The notes beneath the pieces are model-generated. The model searched no databases and had not been told where the DNA came from. It worked only from the letters and a program-made list of their open reading frames with translations. Both the position numbers and the translations under genes were made by a program. A DNA stretch of 63,860 bases, filler included, from Basidiobolus ranarum (Eukaryota), in assembly GCA_040143965.1 (NCBI GenBank). It is 31 parts of 31 records of this genome, joined end to end, with 100 filler letters (N's around TTAATTAATTAA, not from the genome) between each part and the next. Parts side by side here need not be neighbours in the genome. Positions count along the whole stretch, not along the records: positions 61,906 to 63,860 come from JASJQH010004023.1; 30 more parts are not named here. The stretch is one strand, 5' to 3'. This document shows, piece after piece, positions 61,922 through 63,860 of this stretch; position 1 is the first letter of the stretch; every line of letters begins with the position of its first letter.

Positions 61922-63860
61922 TATTGGGAAAATATGGGCTGTTTGGAGGAACTTTAGAAAAGTGGAGTTGTGTATAGCTTTTGTGAGATTATTATTTATT
62001 GTCCAGAAATGAAGCATTTATACCTTTTGGTAGATATACAGAAAACTAACACTGGGGTTGTGTTCACAACATCTGGGAGAATAAATTGAGCTTTTTTTGG
62101 GGCATTTTGGACAAGTTTGAAATTTCCAATATGGATTTGCTAATTCTCATGTTATTCACATATGTATATAATATATGTTCCAATTTGCAGTTAAGTGATA
62201 TTTGACTAAGTAATATCAACTAACTTATATGTGATATATGAAATAGTTAGTTGTATGAAGATAGAGATAATAAACATGATAAAGACAATAAACTTCAACA
62301 ATTCCACTCAGCTAAATATTCATATATCTTAATCTTTACTTAAATCTTAATTCTTCAAATTTTGGCTTGGGTAATGGTTTGGTAAGGATGTCAGCAATCA
62401 TGTCCTCAGTTGCCAGTACTCCAGTTGCATGTGCTTATTCTCAATGGCTTCCCTAACAAAGTGATGTTGAATATCAATGTGCTTACTTCTAGCATGAAAT
62501 TTGGGATTTTTAGCTGAATAAATACAACATTGAATATCCTTGAATATCATGGTTGGTGAAGTTTGAAAAATGCCCAAGTCTTTGAATATTTCCTTAACCA
62601 TATAGCCTCCTATGTTGTATGTGATGCTGCCATGTACTTTGATTCAGTTGTAGAAAGTGCTACAGTGGGTTGTTTCTTGCTAATCCAAGATATGGCTACT
62701 TCACTATAGAGAAAGGGATAGCCAGTGATAGAACTTCTGTCCTCAATGTTACATCCCCAACCTGCATCACTAAACCCTATTGGACCCTTACTTGCATAAG
62801 AATATGTGTATCTTAATCCTAGGTTAATTGCCCCCTTCAAATATTGGAAAATATGCTTAGCTGTCTCATAATGCTGAGATCCTGAGTTTTGCATATGTTG
62901 ACTAACTACTCCCACTGCAAAAGAGATGTCTGGCTGGGTTCCAGTCATAGCATAGATCAAACTACCTACCATAAATTGATAAGAGAACTCAGGGCTTTGA
63001 AAAACATATTTTGAGCCATATTTGGCTTATTTTCATCACTTTTGATGGGATTTTTGACTAGTGTCACACCTGGATCCATGGGAGTTGCTACTGGCTTACA
63101 ACTCTCCATCCTGTAATGTCTGAGAGCATTTGAGATGTATTTAAACTGATTCAGAGTAATAGAATTGCTCAATATGTTTGGAGGTTCAGGCCCAAAAAAA
63201 ATGTAAGTTAACCTAAATCAGTCAACTTGAATTGAACTGATACATCTCTTTTGGTGTTCCTGAAAGCTTCATCATTATTAGTAGCTATAATTAGATCTTC
63301 CACATTTAAGGCAAGTATTACCTTATTTTCCTTATCTGTCTTAAAGTAGATCCCATAATCTACCATGCACTTTTGGAAATCAAGTGATTCCAAGTATGTG
63401 TCTATCTTAGTACACCAGGCCTGGGTGATTGTTTAAGTACATAGAGTAATTTTTGTAGCTTACACACATCATCAGGGTGCTCCGGATTCACAAAACCATC
63501 TGGTTGATCCTTGAATATTTCCTCTTTGAAGTCCCCATCCAAAAAAGTAGTCTTGACATCAATTTGATGGATTTGTAAGCTGTGTTTTGCTACTACTGCT
63601 GATACAGCAATGATGGAGTTAAACTTAGCTACAGGAGCAAATGTTTCATTGTAGGCCACTCCTTCAGTTTGAGCAAATCTTGCGGCCACAAGTCTAGCTT
63701 TGTATCTTTCTACAGATCCATTAGCTTGCTGGTAATCTAAGCACCCATTTGTATCCAAATGTTTTATGGTTATCAGGTAACTTAAGCAAAGTCCAAGTTT
63801 GGTTAACTATGAGTGACTGATACTCCTCTGCCATTGCAGCACTCCAAAACTTTGTGTCGG
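61922..63860 (-). mobile_element. Copia family D RT, RNase H, PPT and 3' LTR (61922-62300)
   Basis: RYKARLVA, QIDVKTTFLDG, LYVLKQSPR, decayed LNVEDLII, GFSDAGWG, HIDIQHHFVRE. Confidence 0.94.

Overview
This is not one locus. It is 31 unrelated contigs of about 2 kb, sorted by decreasing length (1972 to 1955 bp) and joined by an artificial 100-bp N44-TTAATTAATTAA-N44 linker, so adjacency across linkers is meaningless. The source is an intron-containing, AT-rich fungal genome, probably an early-diverging lineage (inference). About three quarters of the contigs are CpG-depleted, nested transposon debris: (1) at least four Ty1/copia LTR families, two with half-tRNA(iMet)-type and one with 3'-tRNA-type primer sites; (2) a chromodomain Ty3/gypsy element with a visible Tf1-like 11-nt self-priming signal, and a second gypsy family; (3) a recurrent CACTA/CMC-type DNA transposon with CCCTAACA ends, a tnp2-type transposase and a divergently oriented unknown ORF2, plus a 201-bp MITE-like relative with a 3-bp target duplication; (4) a young unclassified hairpin-ended repeat. 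Host contigs carry five tRNA genes in a cluster, a truncated tRNA-Val, a secreted fasciclin, the C-terminus of an ERT1/RDS2 (AcuK/AcuM)-type regulator, tandem PEPCK genes, a malic-enzyme C-terminus, a spliced MscL-type channel and a small orphan ORF. I found no CRISPR, rRNA or prokaryotic system. All calls were made by eye, without database searches.
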